64,000 nucleotides of DNA from Candidatus Shapirobacteria bacterium (GTDB taxonomy: Bacteria; Patescibacteriota; Microgenomatia; UBA12405). Location of the stretch: the NCBI GenBank assembly GCA_041659325.1, contig JBAZYN010000001.1:3098-67097 (forward strand), in the 5' to 3' direction. A program made the position numbers and the translations under genes. The stretch's first letter is position 1. Each line of letters opens with the position of its first letter. The notes below the pieces were generated by a model that searched no databases, had not been told where the DNA came from, and saw only the letters and a list, made by a program, of their open reading frames with translations. Shown here piece after piece: positions 38,271 through 49,156 of this stretch.

Positions 38271-38945
38271 ATGAGAATTTTAGTAGTCGAAGACGAGCAC
38301 CGGATAGCCAACTCAATTAAAAAAGGTTTGGAACAGGAAAAATATGTCGTCGATGTTAGCTATGACGGTGAAGAAGGTTTTGACCTTGCCTCCTCCGAAA
38401 GTTATGACCTACTAATTCTTGATTTGATGCTTCCAAAAATGGACGGCTTGCAGATTTGCAAAAAGATAAGACTTGGCGGTAACCATGTCCCGATTTTAAT
38501 TCTCACTGCCAAAAGCCAGATCGAAGATAAAGTGGGTGGGCTAAATAGCGGCGCCGATGATTATCTGACAAAACCCTTTGCTTTCGAAGAATTACTAGCC
38601 AGAATTAGAGCCCTGACAAGACGCCCGAAAAATATAATGGACCCTACCCTGAAAGTAGATGATTTGGTCTTAAACACGATAAACTTCGAAGTAAAAAGGA
38701 ATGGAAGATTAATAAAATTATCAAGCAAAGAATACACTCTTTTGGAGGTGTTAATGAGACATCCCCGTCAGATTCTAACCAAGGAACAAATTATCAGTCA
38801 CGTTTGGGATTATGAAGCCGATGTCCTGCCAAACACCGTCGAAGTCTATATCAGAAACCTACGAAACAAAATTGATAAGCCGTTTTCTACCTCACTTATT
38901 CAAACGATTAGAGGTTTTGGTTACAAAATAGGGAAAAATGTTTAA
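38271..38945 (+). CDS. OmpR-family response regulator
   Basis: Receiver domain (phospho-acceptor D in LLILDLMLP, LTAKS) plus winged-helix domain. Confidence 0.9.
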   Translation: MRILVVEDEHRIANSIKKGLEQEKYVVDVSYDGEEGFDLASSESYDLLILDLMLPKMDGLQICKKIRLGGNHVPILILTAKSQIEDKVGGLNSGADDYLTKPFAFEELLARIRALTRRPKNIMDPTLKVDDLVLNTINFEVKRNGRLIKLSSKEYTLLEVLMRHPRQILTKEQIISHVWDYEADVLPNTVEVYIRNLRNKIDKPFSTSLIQTIRGFGYKIGKNV

Positions 38946-39912
38946 AGCCGCCAGACTCAAGCTAACTTTGTGGTATTTGCTAATCATTATGTTTATAAGT
39001 ATCGCTTTTAGTGGTGTCATTTATCGCCTAGTCAGTATCGAAATCGAAAGGTTTGCCAGATCACCCCGCTTTCGGCTAGATAATATGATGATCTACGAAT
39101 CAATGATCGATGAAGCCCAAGGTAGAGTGGCTTTATCCCTGATAGAACTAAATGGGGTGATCCTGGTTGTTTCCGGCACCCTCGGTTACGTTTTAGCCGG
39201 TATTACCCTGGCCCCGATTCAAAAAATGGTCGAGGAGCAAAAAAGATTCGTCGGCGATGCCTCTCATGAACTCAGGACTCCTCTGACCGCCCTTAAGTCC
39301 ATGTTGGAAGTCGGCCTAAGGGACAAGAAGATGACTCTAAAAGACGCCAGAAAGCTAATCAGAGAAGGCATAGAAGAGGGTGACAAGCTGACAAATCTTT
39401 CCGACTCGTTACTGGAACTGGCCAGGCTTGAAAGTAATGGTAACAAAATAGATTCCGTAAAATTAAAAGTCTCTGAAATCGTAGAAGAAGCCATAAAAAA
39501 AATCTCCCCCCAGGCCAAAAAGAAAAATATAAAAATCGTCAAACTGACAAACCATGTCCAAATTAAAGGCAATAAGGAAAAAATAACTGAACTCCTCTTG
39601 ATACTGTTGGATAATGCCGTCAAGTACAGCCCTGACAATACGAAAATTACCATTCAAGCCAAACAGATCAAAAATTATGTAGTCATCAAAGTAATTGATC
39701 GCGGGATTGGTATAAGTACCACAGATTTACCCCACATCTTCGAAAGATTTTATAGATCAGATTCGGCCAGAAGCAAGACGGGCGAAGGTGGTTACGGGTT
39801 AGGTTTGGCTATTGCCAAAAAGATAGTCGACCAACATTCTGGTAGTATAGCCGTGATAAGCTCCGTCGGCCATGGCACTGAGTTCAAAATCACCTTACCA
39901 CTTTTCAGCTAA
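38938..39912 (+). CDS. Sensor histidine kinase
   Basis: 2 TM helices, H-box HELRTPLTALK, N/G boxes (GYGLGLAIAK). Confidence 0.9.
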   Translation: MFKAARLKLTLWYLLIIMFISIAFSGVIYRLVSIEIERFARSPRFRLDNMMIYESMIDEAQGRVALSLIELNGVILVVSGTLGYVLAGITLAPIQKMVEEQKRFVGDASHELRTPLTALKSMLEVGLRDKKMTLKDARKLIREGIEEGDKLTNLSDSLLELARLESNGNKIDSVKLKVSEIVEEAIKKISPQAKKKNIKIVKLTNHVQIKGNKEKITELLLILLDNAVKYSPDNTKITIQAKQIKNYVVIKVIDRGIGISTTDLPHIFERFYRSDSARSKTGEGGYGLGLAIAKKIVDQHSGSIAVISSVGHGTEFKITLPLFS

Positions 39913-39941
39913 ATTTCAGTCATTATAAATAAACTCGGGCC

Positions 39942-41168
39942 ATGAAAATGAACATAAAAATTAAGATTATACTAATAACTGCACTAATCATTACTGCTAG
40001 CCTTTTTGCATATAATAAATTCAAATCCGGTCAAATAGCCAAGCCCCAATATCAAACCGCCAAAGTTGAAAGAGGTTCCCTCATCGTATCCCTTGCCACT
40101 TCAGGCCAAGTTGCCGCTACCAACAGCCGAACCGTTACCACCACCGCCTCGGGTGTGGTAAAAAAGATATTTGTAAAAGAAGGGCAAACTGTCAAAACCG
40201 GTACTCCGATTCTGGAAATTGATCTTGATCTAAATGGCCGGCAAAAACTACAAGCCGCCTACTCCTCTTATCAGTCTGCTCAAAACAGTCTCAAGTCAGC
40301 CCAGGATAAAATATGGAGTTTGGAAAGCGATCTTGTTGGCGCAAAAAATGTTTTTGAAAATCAGTGGGCAAACCAATCTCCCGACGACCCGACCTATATT
40401 CAAAAACACAATGCTTATCTGACTGCTCAGGCAAGTTACGACAATCTCAAAAATACTATCAAGCAATCCCAGGCTTCTCTCGAATCAAGCCGTCTCTCCT
40501 ATCAGTTGGCCGGAGCCACTGTTTATGCTCCGATTTCCGGCACTGTTTCCGCTATTTCTCTGACGCCTGGAATGATTTTAAATCCGACCAGTGATTCCGG
40601 TAATAGCAGCAACATCGAAAATAAAATTGCTATTGTTAAGACAAATGCTACCCCCGCCATCACTGTTAGCCTTACCGAAATTGACGTCCCCAAAGCCAAA
40701 GTCGGCAATAAAGCCACAATTACCATCGACGCTTTGCCTGACAAAACTTTTACCGGCAAAATTATCGCCATCGATACTGCCGGAATCGTCAGTTCAGGAG
40801 TAGTAAGTTATCCGACCACCATCCAGCTTGACTCAGAAGCCCCCGGGGTTTTGTCAAACATGTCCGCCTCAGCTAATATTATTACTAATTTTAAAGATGA
40901 TGTCCTTATTGTTCCAAACAGCGCGGTTCAGGGAAGTGGTGGTGACACCGCTGTTAGAGTTATGGTCGGTGGTGAAGTTCAAAATAAAACTATCGAAATT
41001 GGAATTCAATCCGAAAGCCAGACAGAAATAATCGCCGGTCTAAACGAAGGAGAGGATGTTGTAACCTCGGTCACAAATTCAACCACGAATACTACCACCT
41101 CAACCACCACCTCTCCGTTTGGCAATATTAGAGGCGCCGGCGGCGGAATGATAATGAGGCGGGATTAG
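39942..41168 (+). CDS. Efflux periplasmic adaptor (HlyD/MacA membrane fusion protein family)
   Basis: N-terminal TM helix, lipoyl/barrel segments and long coiled coil (Q/S-rich); Thr/Asn-rich tail. Confidence 0.8.
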   Translation: MKMNIKIKIILITALIITASLFAYNKFKSGQIAKPQYQTAKVERGSLIVSLATSGQVAATNSRTVTTTASGVVKKIFVKEGQTVKTGTPILEIDLDLNGRQKLQAAYSSYQSAQNSLKSAQDKIWSLESDLVGAKNVFENQWANQSPDDPTYIQKHNAYLTAQASYDNLKNTIKQSQASLESSRLSYQLAGATVYAPISGTVSAISLTPGMILNPTSDSGNSSNIENKIAIVKTNATPAITVSLTEIDVPKAKVGNKATITIDALPDKTFTGKIIAIDTAGIVSSGVVSYPTTIQLDSEAPGVLSNMSASANIITNFKDDVLIVPNSAVQGSGGDTAVRVMVGGEVQNKTIEIGIQSESQTEIIAGLNEGEDVVTSVTNSTTNTTTSTTTSPFGNIRGAGGGMIMRRD

Positions 41169-41170
41169 CT

Positions 41171-41875
41171 ATGAACCCAGATTCGATCATCAAAGTAACC
41201 AAGCTCTCAAAAACTTACCGGAATGACTCGGTGGAAACCGTTGCCCTCAGAAATGTTTCATTCGAAGTTAAAAAAGGGGAATTTGTCGCCATCATGGGGC
41301 CATCCGGCTCCGGAAAATCGACCTTGATGCATATTTTGGGGGCTCTCGATACCCCGACTTCGGGCGAATATATTTTAGACGGCGAAAATGTTGGCATTCT
41401 GTCAGACGACGATCTGGCCACCATTAGAAACAAAAAAATTGGTTTTATTTTCCAATCTTTCAATCTCTTACCACGCACCACCGCTCTCAAAAATGTCATG
41501 TTACCCATGGCCTATGCCGGAGTCGACAAGGATGTCCGGGAAATTATAGCCAAAAAGTATCTTAAACTGGTCGGACTTGAAGACAGAATGCAACACACCA
41601 GTAACCAGCTTTCCGGTGGCCAACAACAGCGGGTTGCCATTGCCCGTGCTCTGGTCAACGATCCGGCCATGATCTTAGCTGATGAACCGACTGGTAATAT
41701 CGCCTCCGACCAGGCCGAAGAAATAATGAAAATATTTCAAAAGCTAAATTCCGAGGGCAGAACCGTAATTCTAATTACTCACGAGCCCGACATCGCCCAC
41801 TATGCTAAAAGGGTTATCGTCATTAAAGACGGAAACATCGTCCAGGATCGGCTTAATGGAAGGAAAAAAATATGA
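41171..41875 (+). CDS. ABC transporter ATP-binding protein (MacB/LolD-type)
   Basis: Walker [10 protein letters not shown], signature [15 protein letters not shown], Walker B ILADEPTG. Confidence 0.9.
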   Translation: MNPDSIIKVTKLSKTYRNDSVETVALRNVSFEVKKGEFVAIMGPSGSGKSTLMHILGALDTPTSGEYILDGENVGILSDDDLATIRNKKIGFIFQSFNLLPRTTALKNVMLPMAYAGVDKDVREIIAKKYLKLVGLEDRMQHTSNQLSGGQQQRVAIARALVNDPAMILADEPTGNIASDQAEEIMKIFQKLNSEGRTVILITHEPDIAHYAKRVIVIKDGNIVQDRLNGRKKI

Positions 41876-43092
41876 AACTTTGGGAAACAATTATCGAAAG
41901 TATTAGCACTTTAAGTTTAAACAAAATGAGAACCGGTTTGGCGGCTCTGGGAATTATCATCGGTATCGGCAGTGTCATCGCTCTGGTTTCCATTGGTCAG
42001 GGGAGTCAAAAAGCCATCGAAACCCAAATTCAATCACTCGGTGCTAATTTGCTGACAGTCATGCCGGGTAGTCAACGCAGCGGAAATGTCCGGACATCTT
42101 CCGGCAATACTACCCTTACCCTTGAAGATGCCAATGCCATTATGTCCTCTTCGCAGATCACCGCCGTCCAGAGTGTCTCCCCCGAATTATCCAGAAGATT
42201 CCAAATAATTGCCGGTAAAAATAATACCAATACACAGGTATATGGAGTATATCCTGCGTATTCTCAAATCAGAAAGGTAAATCTGACCAGTGGTGTTTTT
42301 ATCAGTCAAATGGATGTAGATTCACTGTCCAGAGTAGCTGTTCTGGGGCCTACTACTGCCACCAATCTTTTTGGCGAAGGTGTCGATCCCCTCGGCCAAA
42401 CTATCCGAATCAACAAGCAGAGCTTTAGAGTTGTCGGTGTTACCGAAAGTAAGGGCGGCAGCGGTTTCAACAATCAGGACGACATCATTTTTGCCCCGCT
42501 TTCTACCGTTCAAAAACAGTTGGCCGGAGTTGACTATCTTAGCTCTATCGCCGTTGAAGCCAAATCACAAAATCTGATGACTGAAGCGCAAAATCAAGTC
42601 GGCTATTTCCTGTTGGAGCGTCACAAGTTAAGTGATCCTGTTGATGCTGATTTTTCTATTATGTCTCAAAGTGATATTTTAAACACCGCTTCACAAGTCA
42701 CGGGAACTTTTACCACCCTTTTAAGCGGTATTGCGGCCATATCCCTACTGGTTGGGGGAATCGGCATTATGAATATCATGTTGGTTACCGTTACCGAACG
42801 GACTCGGGAAATTGGTCTCCGCAAAGCCTTGGGCGCCAAACGGAAAACAATTATTACCCAATTTTTAGTCGAATCAGTTATTTTGACCTTCTTCGGAGGA
42901 TTAATCGGGATGATTTTCGGTATTGCAATATCGCTTATCCTTTCAAAGCTTTTAAATTTTCCCAGCGCTATTTCTCTGTCCTCAATTCTCCTGGCTGTCA
43001 GCGTCTCCGGATTTATTGGCATTGTTTTTGGTTGGTATCCGGCCCAACGAGCTTCAAAACTTGCTCCGATTGAAGCTCTCCGTTATGAATAA
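41872..43092 (+). CDS. ABC transporter permease (MacB/FtsX family)
   Basis: N-terminal TM helix, large periplasmic domain, C-terminal 3-TM FtsX-like region. Confidence 0.85.
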   Translation: MKLWETIIESISTLSLNKMRTGLAALGIIIGIGSVIALVSIGQGSQKAIETQIQSLGANLLTVMPGSQRSGNVRTSSGNTTLTLEDANAIMSSSQITAVQSVSPELSRRFQIIAGKNNTNTQVYGVYPAYSQIRKVNLTSGVFISQMDVDSLSRVAVLGPTTATNLFGEGVDPLGQTIRINKQSFRVVGVTESKGGSGFNNQDDIIFAPLSTVQKQLAGVDYLSSIAVEAKSQNLMTEAQNQVGYFLLERHKLSDPVDADFSIMSQSDILNTASQVTGTFTTLLSGIAAISLLVGGIGIMNIMLVTVTERTREIGLRKALGAKRKTIITQFLVESVILTFFGGLIGMIFGIAISLILSKLLNFPSAISLSSILLAVSVSGFIGIVFGWYPAQRASKLAPIEALRYE

Positions 43093-43149
43093 CTTTTAAG
43101 CTTCACTTCAGTTTCAAACAATATGATTAATTATTAACAAAAAAAAACT

Positions 43150-43593
43150 ATGGCAAAACAAAACAACATAATTTGGGTTCTTTTAATCGTTTTATTTACT
43201 GGGGCTGGTTTTTTTGGTGGCACAAAGTATCAACTTAGTAAAATCGTTTCCCAAAGGGGTCAATTTGGTGACCGGATGTTATCCGGAGCGGTCGGTAATA
43301 ATACTCAGGCCAATAGAATGCGTCTCGGTGGGGGGCAAATAGTTGGTGAAATTTCCGCTCAGGACGAAAACACCATAACAGTAAATTTACCCGACGGTAG
43401 CTCAAAAATTATTCTCCTATCCGAAAAAACTGCCATCAACAAAGCTAGCCAGGGTTTATTAACTGACCTAAAAGTCGGCGAAAAAGTCGCTATTTTCGGT
43501 TCAGTAAACACCGATGGAAGCGTTACGGCTCAAAACATTCAGCTCAATCCTATTGTCGGGAATACCCAAATTACCCCCCCGGTTCAACCTTAA
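43150..43593 (+). CDS. Small membrane-anchored hypothetical protein
   Basis: N-terminal TM helix; beta-rich C-terminus. Confidence 0.4.
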   Translation: MAKQNNIIWVLLIVLFTGAGFFGGTKYQLSKIVSQRGQFGDRMLSGAVGNNTQANRMRLGGGQIVGEISAQDENTITVNLPDGSSKIILLSEKTAINKASQGLLTDLKVGEKVAIFGSVNTDGSVTAQNIQLNPIVGNTQITPPVQP

Positions 43594-43597
43594 TTTT

Positions 43598-44080
43598 TTA
43601 TGCACTCAAATTTTGTTGCAGTTTCTTTCGTACAGCATCAGCCTCGGTTTTAGTCACATAAGAGAATTCATTTACCAGGTGTGTCATTATGGACTCCAAA
43701 ATTTCCTGATCACTTCTGGAAAAAGTCTCGTTCATTTCTTTCTTCTTGAGCCACAAAGCTTTCAAAAGCGGTAACGTCTTTACGGGATCGTTTAGGCACA
43801 GTATGTCCTTATAAAGTTTATAGTCAATAACTTCCAGAGGGCTCGTTTTTTTTATCGTTTTCATAAATGCTTCTATTTCACTTTTCGACATTAATTTCCT
43901 CAAGCCCGCCTTCTGCGCATTATTGGTAGGGATTGCTCCGGTCATCCTGGGCCCCGAATTATTTAGAGGTTTGTAATAGAGATATTCACGGCTTTCAGAG
44001 GCAGATATTTTCTGGTTTTTAATCTCGTAAACCAAATAAATATGATCCGAATCAATTATTTTTTCTCCAACCTTAAACAT
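43598..44080 (-). CDS. CarD/CdnL-like RNA-polymerase-interacting regulator
   Basis: N-terminus MFKVGEKIIDSDHIYLVYEIKNQ...REYLYYKP resembles the CarD_CdnL_TRCF domain; start set at MFKVGEK. Confidence 0.45.
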   Translation of the reverse strand: MFKVGEKIIDSDHIYLVYEIKNQKISASESREYLYYKPLNNSGPRMTGAIPTNNAQKAGLRKLMSKSEIEAFMKTIKKTSPLEVIDYKLYKDILCLNDPVKTLPLLKALWLKKKEMNETFSRSDQEILESIMTHLVNEFSYVTKTEADAVRKKLQQNLSA

Positions 44081-44164
44081 ACCAGTACTCTTCATATATA
44101 GAAACAAGCTCGGTCAAAAAATAAACTATCTCAAATCTTGTGACCTATTATACCATTTTTCCGC

Positions 44165-45943
44165 TCAATTTGGCGTCATCAGCCCCCCACTTTCCTGTTC
44201 TAGTTTTCCTCGAGCCTGAAGTTCCCACAACTTCCTATATATCCCATTGTCAATTTCCAGTAATTCCTGATGCGTTCCTGTTTCCGCAATTTTCCCTTTA
44301 TCCATGACAATAATTTTATCTGCCCTTCTGATAGTTGAAAACCGATGGGCAATTATCAAAACCGTCCTGTTGGCAGCCGTTTTCCATAAAGCGTCCTGTA
44401 CTAGACCTTCTGATTCTGAATCCAGGTTACTGGTCGCCTCATCAAAAATTAATACTTTAGGGTTAATAAGCATGGCCCTGGCGATGGCCAATCTTTGTTT
44501 TTGTCCCCCCGAGAGCTTGATTCCTCTTTCTCCGACCTGAGTCTCATATTTTTCCGGTAGCTCCTCGATAAATTTATCCAAATTAGCTAATTTTGCCGCC
44601 GCTTTAATAGAACCAAGGCCGACATCTTTGTTTCCATAACCGATGTTAAAACCGATGGTATTATTAAACAATACAGGCTCCTGCGGAACCACCCCCATAA
44701 ACGATCGCAAATAACTCTTATCCATGTCTCTGATATCTATTCCGTCTAGCATTATTTTCCCGGAAGTCAGATCATAAAATCTTAATATCAGTTTAACCAG
44801 TGTGGTTTTCCCGGCTCCGGATCTTCCCACAAAAGCCACCGACTGTCCCGGCTCAATCAATAAATTAATTTTTCCCAAAACCTTCTTTTTGTTTCCCGGA
44901 TATGAAAACTCGGCATCTTCGAGTTCTATTTTTCCTCTCACAAGCTCGATTTTTTTTGATACACCGGGGTCTTTAACGATAATGTCATCGTCAAGAATAT
45001 CAAAATATTTTCCCAAATCAATAAAACTCTTGGCGATATTTCTAAACTGGAAAAATAGTCCGAAAAATCGATAATAAAACCCGGATACGAAACTGGATAC
45101 CATCACAAAATCGCCAAGGCCAATCTGTTGTTTAGTCAACATTCTCACCATAACTGCCAATATTACAAATAACCCTAGGTTGGAGATGGTGCCGATTGAT
45201 ATATCCATCAAACGGAAGCTATTACTAAAGCGCCACATTTTAATAAACCAGTCTTTGAATTCAGTCCTCAATCGGTTTTCCTCCTGATCTTCCTGGGCAA
45301 AAAATTTTACAGTTTCGTAATTTATTAAATTATCGGTAATAATGCCGGAAATTCTGTCTTCCGAATCATTAAATTCCTTTCTTGTTTTAAGATTAAACTT
45401 TATCAGCAAACTCATCACCGCGACATTAATTACGAATAGTCCGAGCATTACAACCAATATTACCGAGTTGATTTTTGAAAAGAAAAAAAGTACCACCCCC
45501 AGGCTGACTATGGTTTTTAATACCTCGTGGTGAAAGTTCTGGAACAGATTAAAAAACGCCCCGTCGCCTCTTTTAAAAGCCGAGATCAGTGATCCGGTAT
45601 TTTTATTTACATGAAAAGCAAAGTCCAAATCCTGGATTTTTTTAAACACCGCTATCCTGGCATCCCTTGCCGCCGGTATCTGAATTTTATCGCCCAAATA
45701 AATCGACAATGCATCGATAAAGTTCGATGTTATTCTCATCCCAACCAGCCCCAAAAGTAAGCCAAAAAGTACTTCAAAGTTTCCTTTACTGGCGTTATCA
45801 ATTAACAGCTTTAATATATATGGGCTCAGGTTTTCCAATATCCCCGACGCCACCAAAGTGACTATAAAAACCAAAAAACTGGTTTTATATCTAAAAATAA
45901 ATTGGTAGAATTTAACAAAAGTTTTGGCCATAAAACCCCACAA
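44165..45943 (-). CDS. ABC exporter, fused permease-ATPase (MsbA-like type I exporter)
   Basis: 6 TM helices; Walker A GRSGAGKTT, LSGGQKQRLAIARAM, IFDEATSNLD. Confidence 0.9.
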   Translation of the reverse strand: MWGFMAKTFVKFYQFIFRYKTSFLVFIVTLVASGILENLSPYILKLLIDNASKGNFEVLFGLLLGLVGMRITSNFIDALSIYLGDKIQIPAARDARIAVFKKIQDLDFAFHVNKNTGSLISAFKRGDGAFFNLFQNFHHEVLKTIVSLGVVLFFFSKINSVILVVMLGLFVINVAVMSLLIKFNLKTRKEFNDSEDRISGIITDNLINYETVKFFAQEDQEENRLRTEFKDWFIKMWRFSNSFRLMDISIGTISNLGLFVILAVMVRMLTKQQIGLGDFVMVSSFVSGFYYRFFGLFFQFRNIAKSFIDLGKYFDILDDDIIVKDPGVSKKIELVRGKIELEDAEFSYPGNKKKVLGKINLLIEPGQSVAFVGRSGAGKTTLVKLILRFYDLTSGKIMLDGIDIRDMDKSYLRSFMGVVPQEPVLFNNTIGFNIGYGNKDVGLGSIKAAAKLANLDKFIEELPEKYETQVGERGIKLSGGQKQRLAIARAMLINPKVLIFDEATSNLDSESEGLVQDALWKTAANRTVLIIAHRFSTIRRADKIIVMDKGKIAETGTHQELLEIDNGIYRKLWELQARGKLEQESGGLMTPN

Positions 45944-46060
45944 AAACTCTTAAATGGGCAAGGAAAATTATAATCCCAAAATCATCCAATACAATAGGCA
46001 AATTATAATCAAAAAAAGTTATTTTGTGTTTTAACAAAATCCATCTAGTACAATAGCATT

Positions 46061-47740
46061 ATGCCATCGCAAGTCTTTACCATAAAAATTGCCGCTCCGG
46101 CCGGGCTTGGGGTCAAGTCCGGCGGCCAGCTTCTATCAAAAGCGTTGGTCGCTCATGGATTTAACATCAAAGACTACAATGAATATCCGTCGTTGGTTCG
46201 GGGTGGCCACAATACTTATCAGGTCAGCGCTTGTATTGACAAAATCTATGCTCCCCATTTTTCCGTTGACCTCTTTTTCTCCGTCCAAAGCGGCCATTGG
46301 CAGCCACATGTAGACGAATTTCACGATGATTCCTTGATCTTTGGGGACGAACCATTTGAGAATACTTCCACCAAAGGTCATTATATTAATCTCCCCATTA
46401 AAGAACTATCTACTTCGGTAGGAAACAATTTGGTGGGCAATACTATTTGTTTGGGAGTGGCGGCTTTTCTTTTAGGTCTCAGTACAGAGATTGCAAAAAA
46501 TAGTATTACGAGTCAATACGGCAAAAACGCGGAGATAAATCATCAGGCTTTTAATGTCGGTTACACTTACGCCAAAAACAATTACTCCCAATTTGTTCAA
46601 AAATTAAATTTACCAAAGGTAGATAATAAAAATGGTCTAATCTGCGACGGCAACGAATCACTCGGATGGGGTTTTCTACAATCAGGCGGGAATTTTTATG
46701 CTGCTTATCCCATGACTCCGGCCACAGGGATTTTGCATTTTCTGGCCGAAAAACAAAAAGATTATAAGCTGACTGTACTTCATCCCGAAGATGAGATTGC
46801 CGTTGCCAATATTGGAGCCGGTGCCGCCTTTGCCGGTGCCCGTGTTGCAGTTGGAACATCGGGTGGGGGATTCGTCCTTATGGATGAAGCCATCAGTTTT
46901 TGCGGCATTGCGGAAATTGGCATGGTTTATTATTTGGTTTCCCGCCCGGGCCCGGCTACTGGTTTGCCCACCTGGACTGCTCAGGGCGATTTGCTCCATG
47001 CCATTTATGCCGGTCATGGCGAATTTCCAAAAATTGTTTTAGCCCCGGGAAGCCATCAGGAATGTTTTGATTTTTCTGCCCTGGCTTTGAACCTTGCCGC
47101 TCAACTACAAACGCCGATTATCGTCCTAAGCGACAAATATCTTGGTGAGTCCTGTAGCAATGTCGCTGATTTTTCAAAATCAAAGGTAGCTATAGAAGAG
47201 GGTTCTGTCGTCAAAGCTCCGGACAATAACTTTCGCCGATATTCCCTAAAAACCCAAAGTGGAGTTTCCCCATTAACCCTTCCGGGTACGGTCAACGGTG
47301 AATTTCTAAGCAATAGCTATGAGCACGACGAAAGAGGTTTTTCGACAGAATTACCTGAAATGTCCAAGCAAATGATGGAAAAAAGAATGACAAAACTAAA
47401 AACTGCTCTGGATCTTCTTCCCGGCCCCATGCTTTATGGCAACACAAACGCCAAGAAACTAATAATAAGCTGGGGGTCAACCACACAGCCGGTTCTTGAG
47501 GCTTTAAAGAACTTACCCGATTATGCCTTTTTACAAATCCGCAGTCTTTGGCCGATTGGCCAAGAAGTCTCAAATATTGTCGAAAAATATCAATCTGTCG
47601 CCGTCATTGAAGCCAACCAAACCGGTCAGTTAACCACTCTTTTAAAATCTCAATTTAATTTTCATCCCACCTCTCAAATATTAAAATTTAACGGCCGCCC
47701 CTTTTACCCCGAAGAGATAGCCAAACTTTTAACTTTATGA
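46061..47740 (+). CDS. 2-oxoacid:ferredoxin oxidoreductase alpha subunit (KorA/PorA-like with fused gamma domain)
   Basis: Gamma-domain-like N-terminus (IAAPAGLGVKSGGQ); alpha domain GTSGGGFVLMDEA. Confidence 0.75.
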   Translation: MPSQVFTIKIAAPAGLGVKSGGQLLSKALVAHGFNIKDYNEYPSLVRGGHNTYQVSACIDKIYAPHFSVDLFFSVQSGHWQPHVDEFHDDSLIFGDEPFENTSTKGHYINLPIKELSTSVGNNLVGNTICLGVAAFLLGLSTEIAKNSITSQYGKNAEINHQAFNVGYTYAKNNYSQFVQKLNLPKVDNKNGLICDGNESLGWGFLQSGGNFYAAYPMTPATGILHFLAEKQKDYKLTVLHPEDEIAVANIGAGAAFAGARVAVGTSGGGFVLMDEAISFCGIAEIGMVYYLVSRPGPATGLPTWTAQGDLLHAIYAGHGEFPKIVLAPGSHQECFDFSALALNLAAQLQTPIIVLSDKYLGESCSNVADFSKSKVAIEEGSVVKAPDNNFRRYSLKTQSGVSPLTLPGTVNGEFLSNSYEHDERGFSTELPEMSKQMMEKRMTKLKTALDLLPGPMLYGNTNAKKLIISWGSTTQPVLEALKNLPDYAFLQIRSLWPIGQEVSNIVEKYQSVAVIEANQTGQLTTLLKSQFNFHPTSQILKFNGRPFYPEEIAKLLTL

Positions 47741-48342
47741 ACTTTAAAACAAACATAATCCCCACCTGGTGTCCGGGGTGCAGCAACTACTTACTTTCTT
47801 CGGGAATTCAGCAAACTCTAACAAAGCTTAATGTTTCGACCTCTGACTTGGTTATCGCCTATGATATCGGCTGTGCCGGTAATATGGCTGATTTTATTAA
47901 TTCTTTTGGTGCCCACACCCTTCATGGCCGGTGCATCCCTTTCGCAATCGGTGCAAAAGTTGCCAATCCGTCACTGACCGTTTGTGCGGTTGGGGGTGAC
48001 GGAGGAATATATGGTGAGGGGTTAAATCATTTAATCGCTGCTGCCCGGATGAACATAGACATTACCGTTTTTGTCGCCAATAACCATCTTTATTCATTAA
48101 CCACCGGCCAGACCAGCCCCACTACCGCCAAGGGGACCAAAACTAAATCAACTCCACTTGGTGCTCCCGGCGTTCCACTTGACCCGGTTAAATTAGTCAA
48201 GGCAGTCAACCCGGAAGTTTTTGCCGAAACTGTTGATTCAAAAGATGTTGGTAAACTAAACGAATTAATCGAATCAGCCATGAAGTTCAGGGGGTTCTCC
48301 CTTCTTGATACTGCCCAATTTTGCCTTGCCTTCGGTAAATAG
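47737..48342 (+). CDS. 2-oxoacid:ferredoxin oxidoreductase beta subunit (TPP-binding), C-terminally truncated (201 aa)
   Basis: WCPGCSN, GGDGG...NN TPP motif; ends at FSLLDTAQFCLAFGK, where homologues continue about 60-80 aa further. Confidence 0.7.
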   Translation: MNFKTNIIPTWCPGCSNYLLSSGIQQTLTKLNVSTSDLVIAYDIGCAGNMADFINSFGAHTLHGRCIPFAIGAKVANPSLTVCAVGGDGGIYGEGLNHLIAAARMNIDITVFVANNHLYSLTTGQTSPTTAKGTKTKSTPLGAPGVPLDPVKLVKAVNPEVFAETVDSKDVGKLNELIESAMKFRGFSLLDTAQFCLAFGK

Positions 48343-48357
48343 CCAACTACCCGAATC

Positions 48358-49131
48358 CTATTTTATAATTCTTGCCACAATCGCCATAAATAACGGTATT
48401 TCCATCCTCGCCTTGTCTTCAGTTTTTGCCATCCCACCCTCACTTTTTTTATCCGATATCCACTCCTCAATTTTTTCTATTACGAATCCATTGTCCGATA
48501 GCATTTCGCAGTAAGCCGATAGGGGATAGTGAAAAGTATAGGTCAGTTGGTTATTTTTTTTATCAAAGGGGCTACTCTCGATGGGGATTTCCAAGGGCGA
48601 CATATAAGCCTCGATTTTCCGGTACTGGATACCCCTTTCTTTGTCTACCCCCCATCCACTGTGTTGGGGTATTCGGAAAGCCGGATGGTTTAAAACTATG
48701 AAAAAACGTCCATCTTTTTCGAGTAATCTACTGGCGTTTCTTACCACTCTAAAAGCGTGTTTAATGTTTTGTAAAGCCAAAATTATGGCGACGTGGCTAA
48801 AGAAACTATTTAATTTTATCTCCTTTGAAACATCCTCGACAAAATATTTATGGTTAATATTTTTATCAAGCTTCACCGCCTCTTGAATTAAATTCTTTGC
48901 CGCATCCAGCCCGATATATTTTGGCCCAACCGGCAAATACCTGCCCAAAATTCCCTGCCCGCAAGCCAAGTCAATCACCCTATCGTTTGTTTTTAGGTCC
49001 ATCAGCCTCAAAAGGTTTGGCAAAATCACGTGTTGGTGATAATAATGCCCACTTTCCGAAACCAACTCGGAATACCACTTTCCGACTTTCTGCCATGAAG
49101 TATCTTTATTCATAAATGTTATAAAATACAT
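48358..49131 (-). CDS. Class I SAM-dependent methyltransferase
   Basis: Motif I VIDLACGQGILG. Confidence 0.75.
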   Translation of the reverse strand: MYFITFMNKDTSWQKVGKWYSELVSESGHYYHQHVILPNLLRLMDLKTNDRVIDLACGQGILGRYLPVGPKYIGLDAAKNLIQEAVKLDKNINHKYFVEDVSKEIKLNSFFSHVAIILALQNIKHAFRVVRNASRLLEKDGRFFIVLNHPAFRIPQHSGWGVDKERGIQYRKIEAYMSPLEIPIESSPFDKKNNQLTYTFHYPLSAYCEMLSDNGFVIEKIEEWISDKKSEGGMAKTEDKARMEIPLFMAIVARIIK

Positions 49132-49156
49132 TAATTATCAACACACATATTTTACT

